From an uncultured Muribaculaceae bacterium (GTDB lineage Bacteria > Pseudomonadota > Alphaproteobacteria > Rs-D84): DNA of 64,000 nt. The stretch lies in the NCBI GenBank assembly GCA_964619545.1, contig CAZUED010000003.1, positions 163-64,162 of the forward strand, given 5' to 3'. Position numbers and translations under genes: made by a program. This document shows positions 9,216 through 18,729 of the stretch, piece after piece. The notes below the pieces were generated by a model that was given only the letters and a program-made list of their open reading frames with translations, was not told the origin of the DNA and did no database searches. Each line of letters begins with the position of its first letter. The first letter of the stretch is position 1.

Positions 9216-10265
9216 ATGAAAAAACTAATACAATTTTTGTTCGGCCAATGTGCTGAAAAAACTACTGCCGGTGCGCTGGCTAAGAAATTTGGCATGGAGC
9301 TGCATGGTAATGCTTCGGTTCCAGTTCGTGGTGTTGCGCCTATTGCGGATGCAAAGCCCGGTGACTTGGCATTCTATTCAACCGAGAGAAATTCCGAAGC
9401 ATTCAAGATTTTACCGATTGAAACATTAAAAAATACCAAGGCATCGGTAATATTGGTACAAAAAGAAAATGTGAAATTTGCCCCAAAATGTGCAACTTTG
9501 CTGCTGACCGACAGCCCTCGCGCAAACATTATAAAAATCATAGGTGAAATTTATAAAGAAAAACCGCGACTGGGTGTTCATTGGGCTGCTAATATAGAGC
9601 ATGGGGTATTTTTCCGTAAACGCCGAAGTGTTTATGTTAGTCAGTTTGCAACTATTGAAAAGGGTGCGGTGATAGAACAGGGGGTGAAAATTTATCCGGG
9701 GGCTTTCATCGGTCGCGGTGTGGTGCTGGGGACTGGAACAATCGTTCATACTGGTGCACATATTGAAAATGCCACCATTGGTGCGAATTGTGTAATTCAC
9801 AGCGGTGCTGTTATTGGCAAGGAAGGATTTGGATATACGCGTCAAAATGGTAAGAATGTATTTATTCCGCACGTTGGTCGCGTGGTTATCGGGGATCGCG
9901 TTTCTGTTGGTGCAAATTCTTGCATAGATCGCGGAATGATGACAGATACAACCATTGGGGCTGGAACAAAGATTGATAACTTGATTCAGATTGCGCATGG
10001 CGTTGTTATAGGTCAAGAGTGTTTTTTAGCCGCAGGCGTTGGTCTGGCCGGTGGGGTTGTAATTGGCGACAGGGCAATGATTGGCGGTCATGTTGGAATT
10101 GCCAATGGTGTTAAAGTTGGTGATGATGCTGAAATAGGCGCGCAAAGTGGTGTTTTTCGCGATATTCCAGCGGGCGAGCGTCATATGGGCTATCCCGCAG
10201 TTCCGGGGATGGAATTTATGCGCGCTCATGCATGGGTCAAGAAAAACATGAGGGATAAGAAATGA
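9216..10265 (+). CDS. lpxD: UDP-3-O-acylglucosamine N-acyltransferase
   Basis: N-terminal LpxD domain plus long left-handed hexapeptide-repeat region; 4-nt overlap with fabZ. Confidence 0.92.
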   Translation: MKKLIQFLFGQCAEKTTAGALAKKFGMELHGNASVPVRGVAPIADAKPGDLAFYSTERNSEAFKILPIETLKNTKASVILVQKENVKFAPKCATLLLTDSPRANIIKIIGEIYKEKPRLGVHWAANIEHGVFFRKRRSVYVSQFATIEKGAVIEQGVKIYPGAFIGRGVVLGTGTIVHTGAHIENATIGANCVIHSGAVIGKEGFGYTRQNGKNVFIPHVGRVVIGDRVSVGANSCIDRGMMTDTTIGAGTKIDNLIQIAHGVVIGQECFLAAGVGLAGGVVIGDRAMIGGHVGIANGVKVGDDAEIGAQSGVFRDIPAGERHMGYPAVPGMEFMRAHAWVKKNMRDKK

Positions 10266-10690
10266 TGGTAGATACAAAGGGTGTAGAAGCTGTAATTCCA
10301 CATCGCGGCAATATGAGATTGGTGGATGAAATTCGCGAATTTAATGAAATCAGTGGTGTTGGTATAAAACATGTCAGGGATGATGAATTTTGGTGTGCCG
10401 GACATTTTCCCGGAAATCCGATAATGCCTGGTGTTTTACAGGTCGAGGCCTTGGCGCAAACTGCATGCTTTATTGTGTTCAAGCAAATGGGTGCAACAGG
10501 TAAGGACACTTTGGGCTATTTTACCACTATGGAAAAAATCAGATTTTCGCACATGGTAAAACCTGGCGATACGCTTGAATTGCATGTAGAAATTTTGGCA
10601 AAAAAATTAAACATGTATAAATTTCATGGAATTGCAATGGTTGGCGGGAAAAAAGTTTCCGAGGCTACATTTTCCGCAATCATGAATTAA
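10262..10690 (+). CDS. fabZ: 3-hydroxyacyl-ACP dehydratase
   Basis: IPHRGNMRLVD and HFPGNPIMPGVLQVEALAQ signature. Confidence 0.95.
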   Translation: MMVDTKGVEAVIPHRGNMRLVDEIREFNEISGVGIKHVRDDEFWCAGHFPGNPIMPGVLQVEALAQTACFIVFKQMGATGKDTLGYFTTMEKIRFSHMVKPGDTLELHVEILAKKLNMYKFHGIAMVGGKKVSEATFSAIMN

Positions 10691-11072
10691 AATCGCTGTA
10701 CGTGCCTTTATCGGCAGTTAAATACTTGTATAAAGCATCGGGCGTCCATATAAATGGCGCCCGAATTTTTAATACGTGTTTTGCGAAAGAAACACAGGTT
10801 ATGTTAGAGCATAAGTTATAGGGCATAACGCATAGATATTTTTTACCTTGTGCCTTATGCTCTAAAAACACCCATCCATTTTGTTCCAGGATTTTTAGGT
10901 CGCGGGTTTGCAGCAGTATAAAGTTTATTTTCCCTGAACCGACTTGTATCATAGTGTATCTATGTCTTATGCCTTTAGCCTTATGCTCTAAAACGATTGC
11001 GCAGTGTCGAAATTTTCGGCAAAAAATGCGTGGCATTATTTTCCTGGTATTATTTGTAAATCCGATAAGCAT
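10680..11072 (-). CDS. hypothetical protein with an internal duplicated (A/W)xxLEHKAxG segment
   Basis: 130-aa ORF convergent with fabZ (11-nt overlap); no family recognised; coding status uncertain. Confidence 0.35.
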   Translation of the reverse strand: MLIGFTNNTRKIMPRIFCRKFRHCAIVLEHKAKGIRHRYTMIQVGSGKINFILLQTRDLKILEQNGWVFLEHKAQGKKYLCVMPYNLCSNITCVSFAKHVLKIRAPFIWTPDALYKYLTADKGTYSDFNS

Positions 11073-11205
11073 GAAAATCTCCGATTTTTATTTAATTTTC
11101 AAAGTGCAATTGTGGTGTCGGCTTCACCGACAACCTATAAATAATTATTTTACCTGTGAGCAACGCGAACACATTAATTGCACATTGCACTTTGCTAATT
11201 GCTCA

Positions 11206-11601
11206 TTAGTTTTCCAGCCATCCTTTGATTTTTGCAGCTTGCGCGATAGTTTGCATTGCATCATTCCACAGGGCAGCTTTGGCATTTTCTGACCATTCAT
11301 GCTGATGTGGAGCGCGCCGCAAGTCTCCAAATTCTTTCAAGACTTCCAGTTGTTTGGGCGTTAGCTTGCCGGCCAGGTAAAGCCGAGTGATAAGAGTTTC
11401 AACATCAATAGCTTCACAAGGATATGGATTTCGTGCCACTGGTCTTCCGATACGCATACGCGCAATGCTGGCAGATGAAAGCGCATCCTTTTGTCGGCAA
11501 GTTAAAAACCAAAACCACATTTGATCGGCGTCTTGAAATTTTCTTTCTGGTGCGTCAAAAGCCGTAGAAGGTATATTTTTTTGTTTTAAGTTGGCGTTCA
11601 T
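11206..11601 (-). CDS. hypothetical protein, possible DNA-binding (LTPKQLEVLKEFG helix)
   Basis: ORF 11206-11616; second ATG at 11601 has a ggagag SD; no confident family assignment. Confidence 0.5.
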   Translation of the reverse strand: MNANLKQKNIPSTAFDAPERKFQDADQMWFWFLTCRQKDALSSASIARMRIGRPVARNPYPCEAIDVETLITRLYLAGKLTPKQLEVLKEFGDLRRAPHQHEWSENAKAALWNDAMQTIAQAAKIKGWLEN

Positions 11602-11739
11602 TTTTTCTCTCTCCATTTTACCCCGTATAATTACTGGGTATGCATTCCTACACTAAAAATAATTGAATTATATCAAATGATACAACTACAAATAGATACT
11701 GCGGTTAGGTTTCTGACATTTTTTGTTTTTTGATAAATT

Positions 11740-11764
11740 AAAAAAATTCGCCACTTGGGCGAAT
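11740..11764 (-). terminator. rho-independent terminator ending the virB8-9-10-P3 operon
   Basis: attcgcc-loop-ggcgaat hairpin followed on the minus strand by a T-run, 27 nt past the P3 stop codon. Confidence 0.7.
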
Positions 11765-11790
11765 CGGAGAATTGTAAATACTAAATAAAA

Positions 11791-13938
11791 TTATCTATCT
11801 TGACCGATTTTGGTAGATGTTCCGGATTTCAGGTTGTCATTGGCTATACGAAGTTGTACTTGGTATGCGTTTATACAATCTGTCATACTGGAATTAGTCA
11901 TAGAATCGCCACATTTTTCAAATTGAGATTCAGATAATTTCAATGTTGTTGACATTCCTTTCAGCAAGTCAGAATCAAATTTAAGCTGCTTTCTGGCATC
12001 TGTTTTATTTGATGCGGAACGTATTACGCTCAAGTTGTTATTCAAGCAAGAAATCATATCTGATGTGCTGTAAACCTCATTACAATCACGAGCACCATTT
12101 AATCTTACATTACCTTTAGAAGATTTGCTTGCACTAGTAGAAGAATCATCAGTAGTATCGCCGCCAGCGGCCTGTAATTTTGATACCAGAATGGATTTCT
12201 CCATCTGAGTCTTTAACCGCTTCATAGTAACGTCCAAAAAGTCATACTGACGTTTCATCTGTTGAGTAATAATTGTCGTTTTCAATGCGATTGTATCCGC
12301 CATCATTTGTTTGTCAGCGGCCGAGGTTGGATTTTTTGTACTTCCAATGTTATAAGCATGGGTGCTGCACAAAGCGATGGCTGAATTGATATAATCATTT
12401 CCGCTGTCTTCTTTGCACCCGTTATCAGCTGTGCCAATGGAAAGAATTGCGTCCAGATTGTTGTTTTTGACACACAGATTGCGATCTGGCAAACGTCTTA
12501 GCTGTGCCAAATTACTTATAACAGCTAACTGATCAGAATTTGTTGCACACCATTTTATTGCGTCGGCTGCAGATTCTTCGCCGCGAATTACACTTGGTGC
12601 GTCCTGGGCAATTATTCTGCGCAAAGTTTCTATATCAATCGTCGATTGCTTTTTGCGATTTTTAAATAACACGGAATTATCAATTGCGTCAGATGCACAT
12701 GCAACGCGAATCCCGCCAGAACTGCCCGCATCCATATCCAGCCAGTTTTGTTGAATGTCCTCTTGATTATTTAACATCTTTAACAAAGTGCAATGGGGCT
12801 GTTGAGATTTTACTCGGCGGTTCCCCTGAGCATCATTTTCGTATGCTATAGGCCAGTATCCGCGGCCGGTTTTTGTATCATAATCGCAAGTTATGCTTGT
12901 CTTATCATCAATTTTTTCAGTTTGATTTTGAGAACATGTCTCGCACATATATTGCCCCCAGACATTGCAAGAGCCATTCAGCATCATGTAAATATCTGTT
13001 ATATCAACGCCCAAAGATTGCGCTAAAACCAACGCATCATACAACTCGTCCAAAACTGCATCATACGGATCAAAGAATTTATTTGCCTTATCCTTGAACG
13101 CTTTGACTCGCCGAGGACCCTGGCAATTATTTCCATTAGAATCACAACGCGCATAATCAAAAACATTTTGCATTGTGTTTTTTAAATCTTTCATCGCAAC
13201 ATCAGAATTTTCAAGCTGGGTCAGTATTTGACCACCAATTTGTTCGCGTGCCAAAACATCTGCCGATACACCCGCATTGACTGCATTAGTAATTGTTTTA
13301 TCGGGTGCTGATGCGCTTGCTGCTTGGGCCGCGGCCTGTGCTTGCTGGGCCGCCAGTTGTTTTTGCTCTTCCAATGCTTGCTGAACAGCCGCGGCGGATT
13401 GAGCAGATTGTTCTTGCATCTGTTGCTGCATCTGCATCATCTGCGCTTGCATTTGTTCTATCTGAGTGTTTGATTGCGCCGCTGCTGCATTTGCAGCCTG
13501 CGTTGTTGCAGCATTTTGCGCCTCGGTTGCTTTTGCAATAGCGGCACTTACCATCTGTGCCGCCAATGTTTGGATTAAATCGTCACCATATTGCTCGCAC
13601 GAAGGATTACTTTTCACGCAACCTTTCACAATCGGAAGCGCCAATTCCATGGTTGTGCAGCCCGCGCACTTTGGCTGGGCGCAACGCAAAATAAGTGAAT
13701 TACAATTTCCAAAATCTGCAACCGGCCTTTGTTGCCCCAGTGGATTAGGGTTTATCGCGGCATTCCACTGATTGTTGTTCAATGCGCCGGCACTGCCGGT
13801 AAATACAGTTCTGTTACCTGAAATTCCGCCAGAATTTGCAAAAGAAGGCCCTGGTCCGCCGATAGGACTGTCGCCATAGGCAGTCCCCAGTGCAAAGCAG
13901 GCGGTACAAACAGATAAAAATCTGATTAAAATCTTCAT
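11791..13938 (-). CDS. secreted cysteine-rich coiled-coil protein P3 (Q/A-rich helix, many Cys pairs)
   Basis: ORF 11791-13998; ATG at 13938 gives MKILIRFLSVCTACFALGTAYG/DSP signal peptide with an agagaga SD; Q/A-rich stretch AQNAATTQAANAAAAQSNTQIEQMQAQMMQMQQQMQEQ; co-directional with and 67 nt after virB10. Confidence 0.8.
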   Translation of the reverse strand: MKILIRFLSVCTACFALGTAYGDSPIGGPGPSFANSGGISGNRTVFTGSAGALNNNQWNAAINPNPLGQQRPVADFGNCNSLILRCAQPKCAGCTTMELALPIVKGCVKSNPSCEQYGDDLIQTLAAQMVSAAIAKATEAQNAATTQAANAAAAQSNTQIEQMQAQMMQMQQQMQEQSAQSAAAVQQALEEQKQLAAQQAQAAAQAASASAPDKTITNAVNAGVSADVLAREQIGGQILTQLENSDVAMKDLKNTMQNVFDYARCDSNGNNCQGPRRVKAFKDKANKFFDPYDAVLDELYDALVLAQSLGVDITDIYMMLNGSCNVWGQYMCETCSQNQTEKIDDKTSITCDYDTKTGRGYWPIAYENDAQGNRRVKSQQPHCTLLKMLNNQEDIQQNWLDMDAGSSGGIRVACASDAIDNSVLFKNRKKQSTIDIETLRRIIAQDAPSVIRGEESAADAIKWCATNSDQLAVISNLAQLRRLPDRNLCVKNNNLDAILSIGTADNGCKEDSGNDYINSAIALCSTHAYNIGSTKNPTSAADKQMMADTIALKTTIITQQMKRQYDFLDVTMKRLKTQMEKSILVSKLQAAGGDTTDDSSTSASKSSKGNVRLNGARDCNEVYSTSDMISCLNNNLSVIRSASNKTDARKQLKFDSDLLKGMSTTLKLSESQFEKCGDSMTNSSMTDCINAYQVQLRIANDNLKSGTSTKIGQDR

Positions 13939-14005
13939 ATTCTCTCTTGAAGCAAGTTTATCATAAAATGCGAGGAAATGCAAGCCTCCCTTTAACAAGT
14001 GGAAG

Positions 14006-16300
14006 CTAAATTATTGGGGGAAAGCAATCACCGCCAGCTGCTGGACAGCAGTTGAATCCTTGGCTACCCATGTCTGTATAAACCTCGCCCGTGCAACAGC
14101 CGTTTAAGTCTGGCGATGTACCATCTTCGCAGGTCAGTGCCGTCGTGGTGGTGGTTGCGGGTGGTGTTTCTTTGGCAAATGGATTTTTTATTGTACCGTC
14201 CGCATTGTATTGCAGGCCCAAAACTTGCTCGTTATATTCTTTTGTTCCCTTAGTTAATTGCTGGCCATTGGTTCCGACAATACCGGTTTGCTGCTGGTTA
14301 TTCCAAATAGCCTGCTGTTGGGCATTATTTATCGCTTGATACTGAATTGCTTTACAATATGCAACAACGGTACGATAGTCATAGCCAGCCTCGGAAATAG
14401 TTTGTGCTGTTACACCCGCACTCAGCTGTCCATTAGTGCCGCAGTATTTCTGTATATCAAATCCGCGAACTTGTCCAACCCATGATGCATCATCATAATT
14501 TGGTATGGCTTCGGACGCTTTATGAGAAACATATTGCGAAGGAGTCAAATTGCAATTTTCAAGCCCATTCACCTTGTCGCAGAAGTTCACAATTAAATCC
14601 TTTGGCGAATAAACCGTTATGCGCGTACCAGCGGCAATAGAAAATGGAGGAACCGTGTTGTCCAGCATATCAACCATTAATTTTTGCGCAACTCTGTTCC
14701 ATGTTGAAATAATTTCATTTTTTGCCAGCTCGGACGAGCGAACTTGACCACTTTGTGTAACCGTATTGTTATCCAGATCAATTTGATTTACGAACTTGTC
14801 TGAAATTGGCGCAATCAAATTAACAGCGGCAGGCACAACTGCCGTTATCATCGGCATTATGAATTGCTCCATATAATCTGTGCTGCCGTGACCTGGAACG
14901 CCAACGCGACCTTGGCTGTCGCCAGCAAAGGGCTCGTCCCCGGCAAAGCTGAATTCAACTCCGTCCGGTCTAACAAAGCGATACCATTTGATTTGCATAC
15001 GACCGATGGCTTTATACGGACCCGGCATTTCACCAGTCAAATAACCCAACATCAATGTTCCGGTCGGAATTATTATAGTGCGTCCGTTATCAGAATAGAC
15101 ATGTCTATCAACTGTTGCCTGAACTGGCAACATGGATTGACGCTCTATCTTTGCATCTGCACGTATTTCATTTACGATTGTCGCAGGAATAGGCTTGTAC
15201 TGGCGCAGAACAAAAGTGCGGTCATAGGGCTCGGTCGATATAAATGCATCGCCCGCAGATGAAGGTACCAGGTTACTTTCTGGTTTATATGCAAATGCTG
15301 GATTTATCTCTGACAAACGTTTTGCACCACCCGCAGCTCTGGGTAATTCTGCCGCTGCTGCATTTACTTGTCTTGCTCGATTTTGTACGCGTGCGTTCGC
15401 CGGATTGGACAATACAGGAACATTCGCGCTTGATGCAATAAATCCGATTCGATCAAAGTCAGAGCCTATTTTTCTGCTGGGATTTTTAAGATCGGTAATA
15501 AATCCGGTATCCAAATTATATTCACCCAGTGGGCTGGTGCAGTCCAAGTCAGAAAAAGGATGAAAAAGATAATGTCCACCTTGGGGACGTATCCATCCGA
15601 TTTGCTTTCCATATGCGTCATAGCCGCCGAATGCAAATTCATAGCAGCGCTCGGTATTTAATGCTGCTGTAGTTACTGGCGCAGGCAAATTTTCTGTTGC
15701 AAATTTTGGCGCAAGGGTTTCGACCGCCTCGGCCACAGGATTAATTTCAGGGGCAGTCAAAACAGGTTCTGGTTCTGGCAATTGCACTGGTTTTTGTGGT
15801 TCTACTTTTTTTGTAGATAAAGCAACAGGAATTTCAGCAGTTTGTGCCATTTTGGCCTCGGCACTGGCGGGGTAATACTCAATAAGTACTTTAATGCCGG
15901 TTGGTTCCAAGTCTGCAGCAGGCGTCCAAGTTAATTCTGCACTGCAAGGAATGCCAAGTGTAATTTCGCCCATATTTGTACAGGTGGTATCTATGCTTAA
16001 TCCATCAATTTTTTGGGATAGTTTTACGCTGGGAATCATTGCGACTGCATTCGAAGAAATTTTAATAGTCTGTGTCTGTTTTTCGCCAACTGGAATGTTT
16101 TGCCATGCGATCTCAGATGGATCCATGGTCAGCTCCAGAACTGGTTTTGATTCGGACTTTGGTTTATCCTTGGAATCGCGACCCATCAGAATAACCAGCA
16201 AAACAACGACTACCAAAAAAGCAGCGAACATCACGATCCACAGCACATGCCGTGGCATGGACTTTTTTACATCGCTGATAGTGGTTGTTATCATCGCCAA
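14006..16300 (-). CDS. virB10: VirB10/TrbI-family T4SS core protein with a ~190-aa Cys-rich C-terminal extension
   Basis: N-terminal TM (VLWIVMFAAFLVVVVLLVILM), Pro-rich linker (VQLPEPEPVLTAPEINP) and TrbI-type domain (LPVQATVDRHVYSDNGRTIIIPTGTLMLGY...GDSQGRVGVPGH...PPFSIAAGTRITVYSPKDL); TTG start with aggag SD. Confidence 0.85.
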   Translation of the reverse strand: MAMITTTISDVKKSMPRHVLWIVMFAAFLVVVVLLVILMGRDSKDKPKSESKPVLELTMDPSEIAWQNIPVGEKQTQTIKISSNAVAMIPSVKLSQKIDGLSIDTTCTNMGEITLGIPCSAELTWTPAADLEPTGIKVLIEYYPASAEAKMAQTAEIPVALSTKKVEPQKPVQLPEPEPVLTAPEINPVAEAVETLAPKFATENLPAPVTTAALNTERCYEFAFGGYDAYGKQIGWIRPQGGHYLFHPFSDLDCTSPLGEYNLDTGFITDLKNPSRKIGSDFDRIGFIASSANVPVLSNPANARVQNRARQVNAAAAELPRAAGGAKRLSEINPAFAYKPESNLVPSSAGDAFISTEPYDRTFVLRQYKPIPATIVNEIRADAKIERQSMLPVQATVDRHVYSDNGRTIIIPTGTLMLGYLTGEMPGPYKAIGRMQIKWYRFVRPDGVEFSFAGDEPFAGDSQGRVGVPGHGSTDYMEQFIMPMITAVVPAAVNLIAPISDKFVNQIDLDNNTVTQSGQVRSSELAKNEIISTWNRVAQKLMVDMLDNTVPPFSIAAGTRITVYSPKDLIVNFCDKVNGLENCNLTPSQYVSHKASEAIPNYDDASWVGQVRGFDIQKYCGTNGQLSAGVTAQTISEAGYDYRTVVAYCKAIQYQAINNAQQQAIWNNQQQTGIVGTNGQQLTKGTKEYNEQVLGLQYNADGTIKNPFAKETPPATTTTTALTCEDGTSPDLNGCCTGEVYTDMGSQGFNCCPAAGGDCFPPII

Positions 16301-16321
16301 CGCAGACTCCTGAGCCTTTTA

Positions 16322-17797
16322 TTATTGAACTCTTACTACATTGCAAGCGGTCCCTTGGAACTTTGTCATTTTATCACAAAGCTTTTGTGCGCTTTCAATG
16401 TCCGACATGGGCCCAATACGCAGGCGATAAAGCCGCGCGGTTGCAGCGCCCGTACCCAGATCTCCAACTCCAGACTCGTCAACTGCGAAATAAACCATAT
16501 TACGATAAGGATTCAGCAGTCCTTGTCCATCATCACCACTGAATTTCGCCAGCAGCTTTGTCCAATAATCATTCAGTGCTTTGACAGAAGTATCGGATTT
16601 CAGCTCAACAGCGACACCTGCTTGATTAGAGGTTATAATTGGAATGTCGCTTTGCGGCAGGAACGAGCCCGCAGTATTGCGAACACTTGGCAGCATATTA
16701 ACGCCAGTCGCACCAGTTGATGCGCCATTTGTCGGCATTACCATCGGCGGTTGAAATCCATTAACCTGTTGGTCAGTGATTGGCTGCAACATTGCACCAG
16801 AATCAACCGGCATATTTCCATAACCAACATTTTGCAAGGATTGTGATGATTGCATGCTTTGCATAACGTTAGATTCAGCCAGTGCCATGACGCTGGAAGT
16901 GTCAGCAATCAAGAAGGGTTTTGCGCGACGCTTGATACAAACAATTCGCTGACCACTGCGCAATACCATATCCCCAACTGCTTCTACAATCAACAGGCGT
17001 CCGTTTTCACCATCAGTACGAAAACCGACTGGCGATTCACCACCTTCGACCAAGATAGAAACAACTGGTCTTTGAGTCATTGCGATAACCTTGTCGCCAA
17101 AATCAATATAGGTAAAGATTCTGTCGCGCCATACGCGTTCAGGCGCAATTACAAAGTCATCAGGATTCGGGACAAAAATGTCTAAATCAAAGCGGAACTC
17201 TGACGGATCAATTTTCATTGTTTTTATCCAGCCGTAATCTTCGCCGTCAACGCCCAAGGTAGAAGTTGAATTTTTCTTTGGGAAAATAGAGTTCATACCA
17301 GAAGTTTGACCAGCAGAAGAGCTGGTTGCATTTGGTATGCTAGAACGCCCATCCAGAACAACATCAACCTGGGAATAAGAAATTTCGCTGGAATTAGCAG
17401 GTTCGGAACGCAGATAGAATAAATATTTATTTCCTGATTTGCCAGTAATAATCAAATTTGTGTCGCTGCCCTGATTTGTTGCAACCGGTGTCATATAAAT
17501 TGTTCTGCCACCTTTTTGCGGATCCATTTGGAACAAACCTTCGTTACCAATGACGCCATCTTCGATAATTTCGCCTTCGGGCAAATTTATCATGGTTACC
17601 ATTCCATTACGCAAACGAATCGGAAGAACTGCGCCTGGCGCCCATGTCAGTTGGGCAAAGCCAGGTTTAGAACTGCCTGTGGCCATATTTGCCTCTGGGT
17701 TATCCCACGCATCCTGGACACCATAATCTTCGGCACTTGCCCCGCCAATACAAAAGGCAAAAATCAAAGGGCAAAGAGCAAATAATTTTATATTCAT
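16322..17797 (-). CDS. virB9: VirB9/TrbG/CagX-family T4SS core protein fused to a C-terminal SPOR-like domain
   Basis: signal peptide; VirB9 N-domain (VLPIRLRNGMVTMINLPEGEIIEDGVIGNEGLFQM...TNLIITGKSGNKYLFYLRS) and C-domain (ERVWRDRIFTYIDFGDK...LVLRSGQRIVCIKRR); SPOR-like tail (YRLRIGPMSDIESAQKLCDKM...CNVVRV). Confidence 0.85.
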   Translation of the reverse strand: MNIKLFALCPLIFAFCIGGASAEDYGVQDAWDNPEANMATGSSKPGFAQLTWAPGAVLPIRLRNGMVTMINLPEGEIIEDGVIGNEGLFQMDPQKGGRTIYMTPVATNQGSDTNLIITGKSGNKYLFYLRSEPANSSEISYSQVDVVLDGRSSIPNATSSSAGQTSGMNSIFPKKNSTSTLGVDGEDYGWIKTMKIDPSEFRFDLDIFVPNPDDFVIAPERVWRDRIFTYIDFGDKVIAMTQRPVVSILVEGGESPVGFRTDGENGRLLIVEAVGDMVLRSGQRIVCIKRRAKPFLIADTSSVMALAESNVMQSMQSSQSLQNVGYGNMPVDSGAMLQPITDQQVNGFQPPMVMPTNGASTGATGVNMLPSVRNTAGSFLPQSDIPIITSNQAGVAVELKSDTSVKALNDYWTKLLAKFSGDDGQGLLNPYRNMVYFAVDESGVGDLGTGAATARLYRLRIGPMSDIESAQKLCDKMTKFQGTACNVVRVQ

Positions 17798-17876
17798 TTC
17801 ACATCCTTCCTAATTTTTTTCTCAAGCGAATTCAGCTGTGACATTTGCCACTTGCCGTTTGCTATTTAAGTTTATG

Positions 17877-18530
17877 CTATTGCATAAAATCGAGCGGATC
17901 ACTTCCCCCTGATTCCACCCGGTATTCCGAGACTTGCAGCCCCAGCGGATTTTCCTGTCTGTTGCCCCATTTCAATTCTGGCGTGTAGGTCAATCCTATT
18001 ACAATAGTAAAATCTTTTGGCGGGGTATGTCCAGCGCTTTCTGATGTGCAAAACCATCTGAATTTTACAGCGAATTTATCACTTCCGCGTGGCTCAATTG
18101 CGGGCGATTGAAACTCTACAGGGCACGAAAACTGAACGTTCGGAGAATCCTGCATGAAAGCAGACCATAACTGAGTTGTTGCAAATCTGGCATAAACCTC
18201 TCTAGATGACCAGATATAAACTGGGCCGTCTGGGCTGCGCCACTTGTACCGCATGGTATTTACATTGGGTGTTATTTCGTTGCGCGCGCGAATATATTCC
18301 TTGATGAAGCTTTCCTTGTAATCGATCATAGTTTTGTTATTTACTGGCAGTTGTTGAATTTCGATTATTTGACCCTCGACACGGCGCGCATTCAGCAAGA
18401 AAACCTGGGTCCTATTCAATGGGAACATGTTAGAGACTGCGAAAATCATGGCCAAAGCAGTTGCAATTGCTGCGGCCAGCACGAAAGACATCATGCGCGC
18501 GGTAAAAGCATTGGGTGTGACAACTGCCAT
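17877..18530 (-). CDS. virB8: VirB8-family T4SS inner-membrane protein
   Basis: short N-tail, one TM (MMSFVLAAAIATALAMIFAV), periplasmic domain with FIKEYIRARNEI and terminal NPLGLQVSEYRV typical of the VirB8 fold. Confidence 0.75.
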   Translation of the reverse strand: MAVVTPNAFTARMMSFVLAAAIATALAMIFAVSNMFPLNRTQVFLLNARRVEGQIIEIQQLPVNNKTMIDYKESFIKEYIRARNEITPNVNTMRYKWRSPDGPVYIWSSREVYARFATTQLWSAFMQDSPNVQFSCPVEFQSPAIEPRGSDKFAVKFRWFCTSESAGHTPPKDFTIVIGLTYTPELKWGNRQENPLGLQVSEYRVESGGSDPLDFMQ

Positions 18531-18729
18531 TTTCTTCAGAATTCTCCCTTCTTTGCGCGATTGTAGTAAATTTCCAGATTACTATGCAAGGGAAAAGTTC
18601 AATTTTCAATTATCAAAGTGCAATTAACGTGTTCGCTGCGCTCACAATTAAATAATTATAAAAGCATCGGTGAATGCCGACACCACAATTGCTAATTGAA
18701 TTTTGTACATTGCACATTAAACTTTTCCC

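Noticed and set aside
10954-11330. Plus- and minus-strand small ORFs (112 aa and 61 aa) between the 10680 and 11206 genes
   Set aside because: They overlap better-supported minus-strand ORFs, lack SD sequences and have low-complexity translations.
14006-18530. Calling the locus a complete, functional type IV secretion system
   Set aside because: Only VirB8/9/10-type components are present here (plus VirB7/VirB8-like genes at 45.4-46.9 kb). ATPases, VirB6 and pilus genes are not in the window, so completeness cannot be judged.
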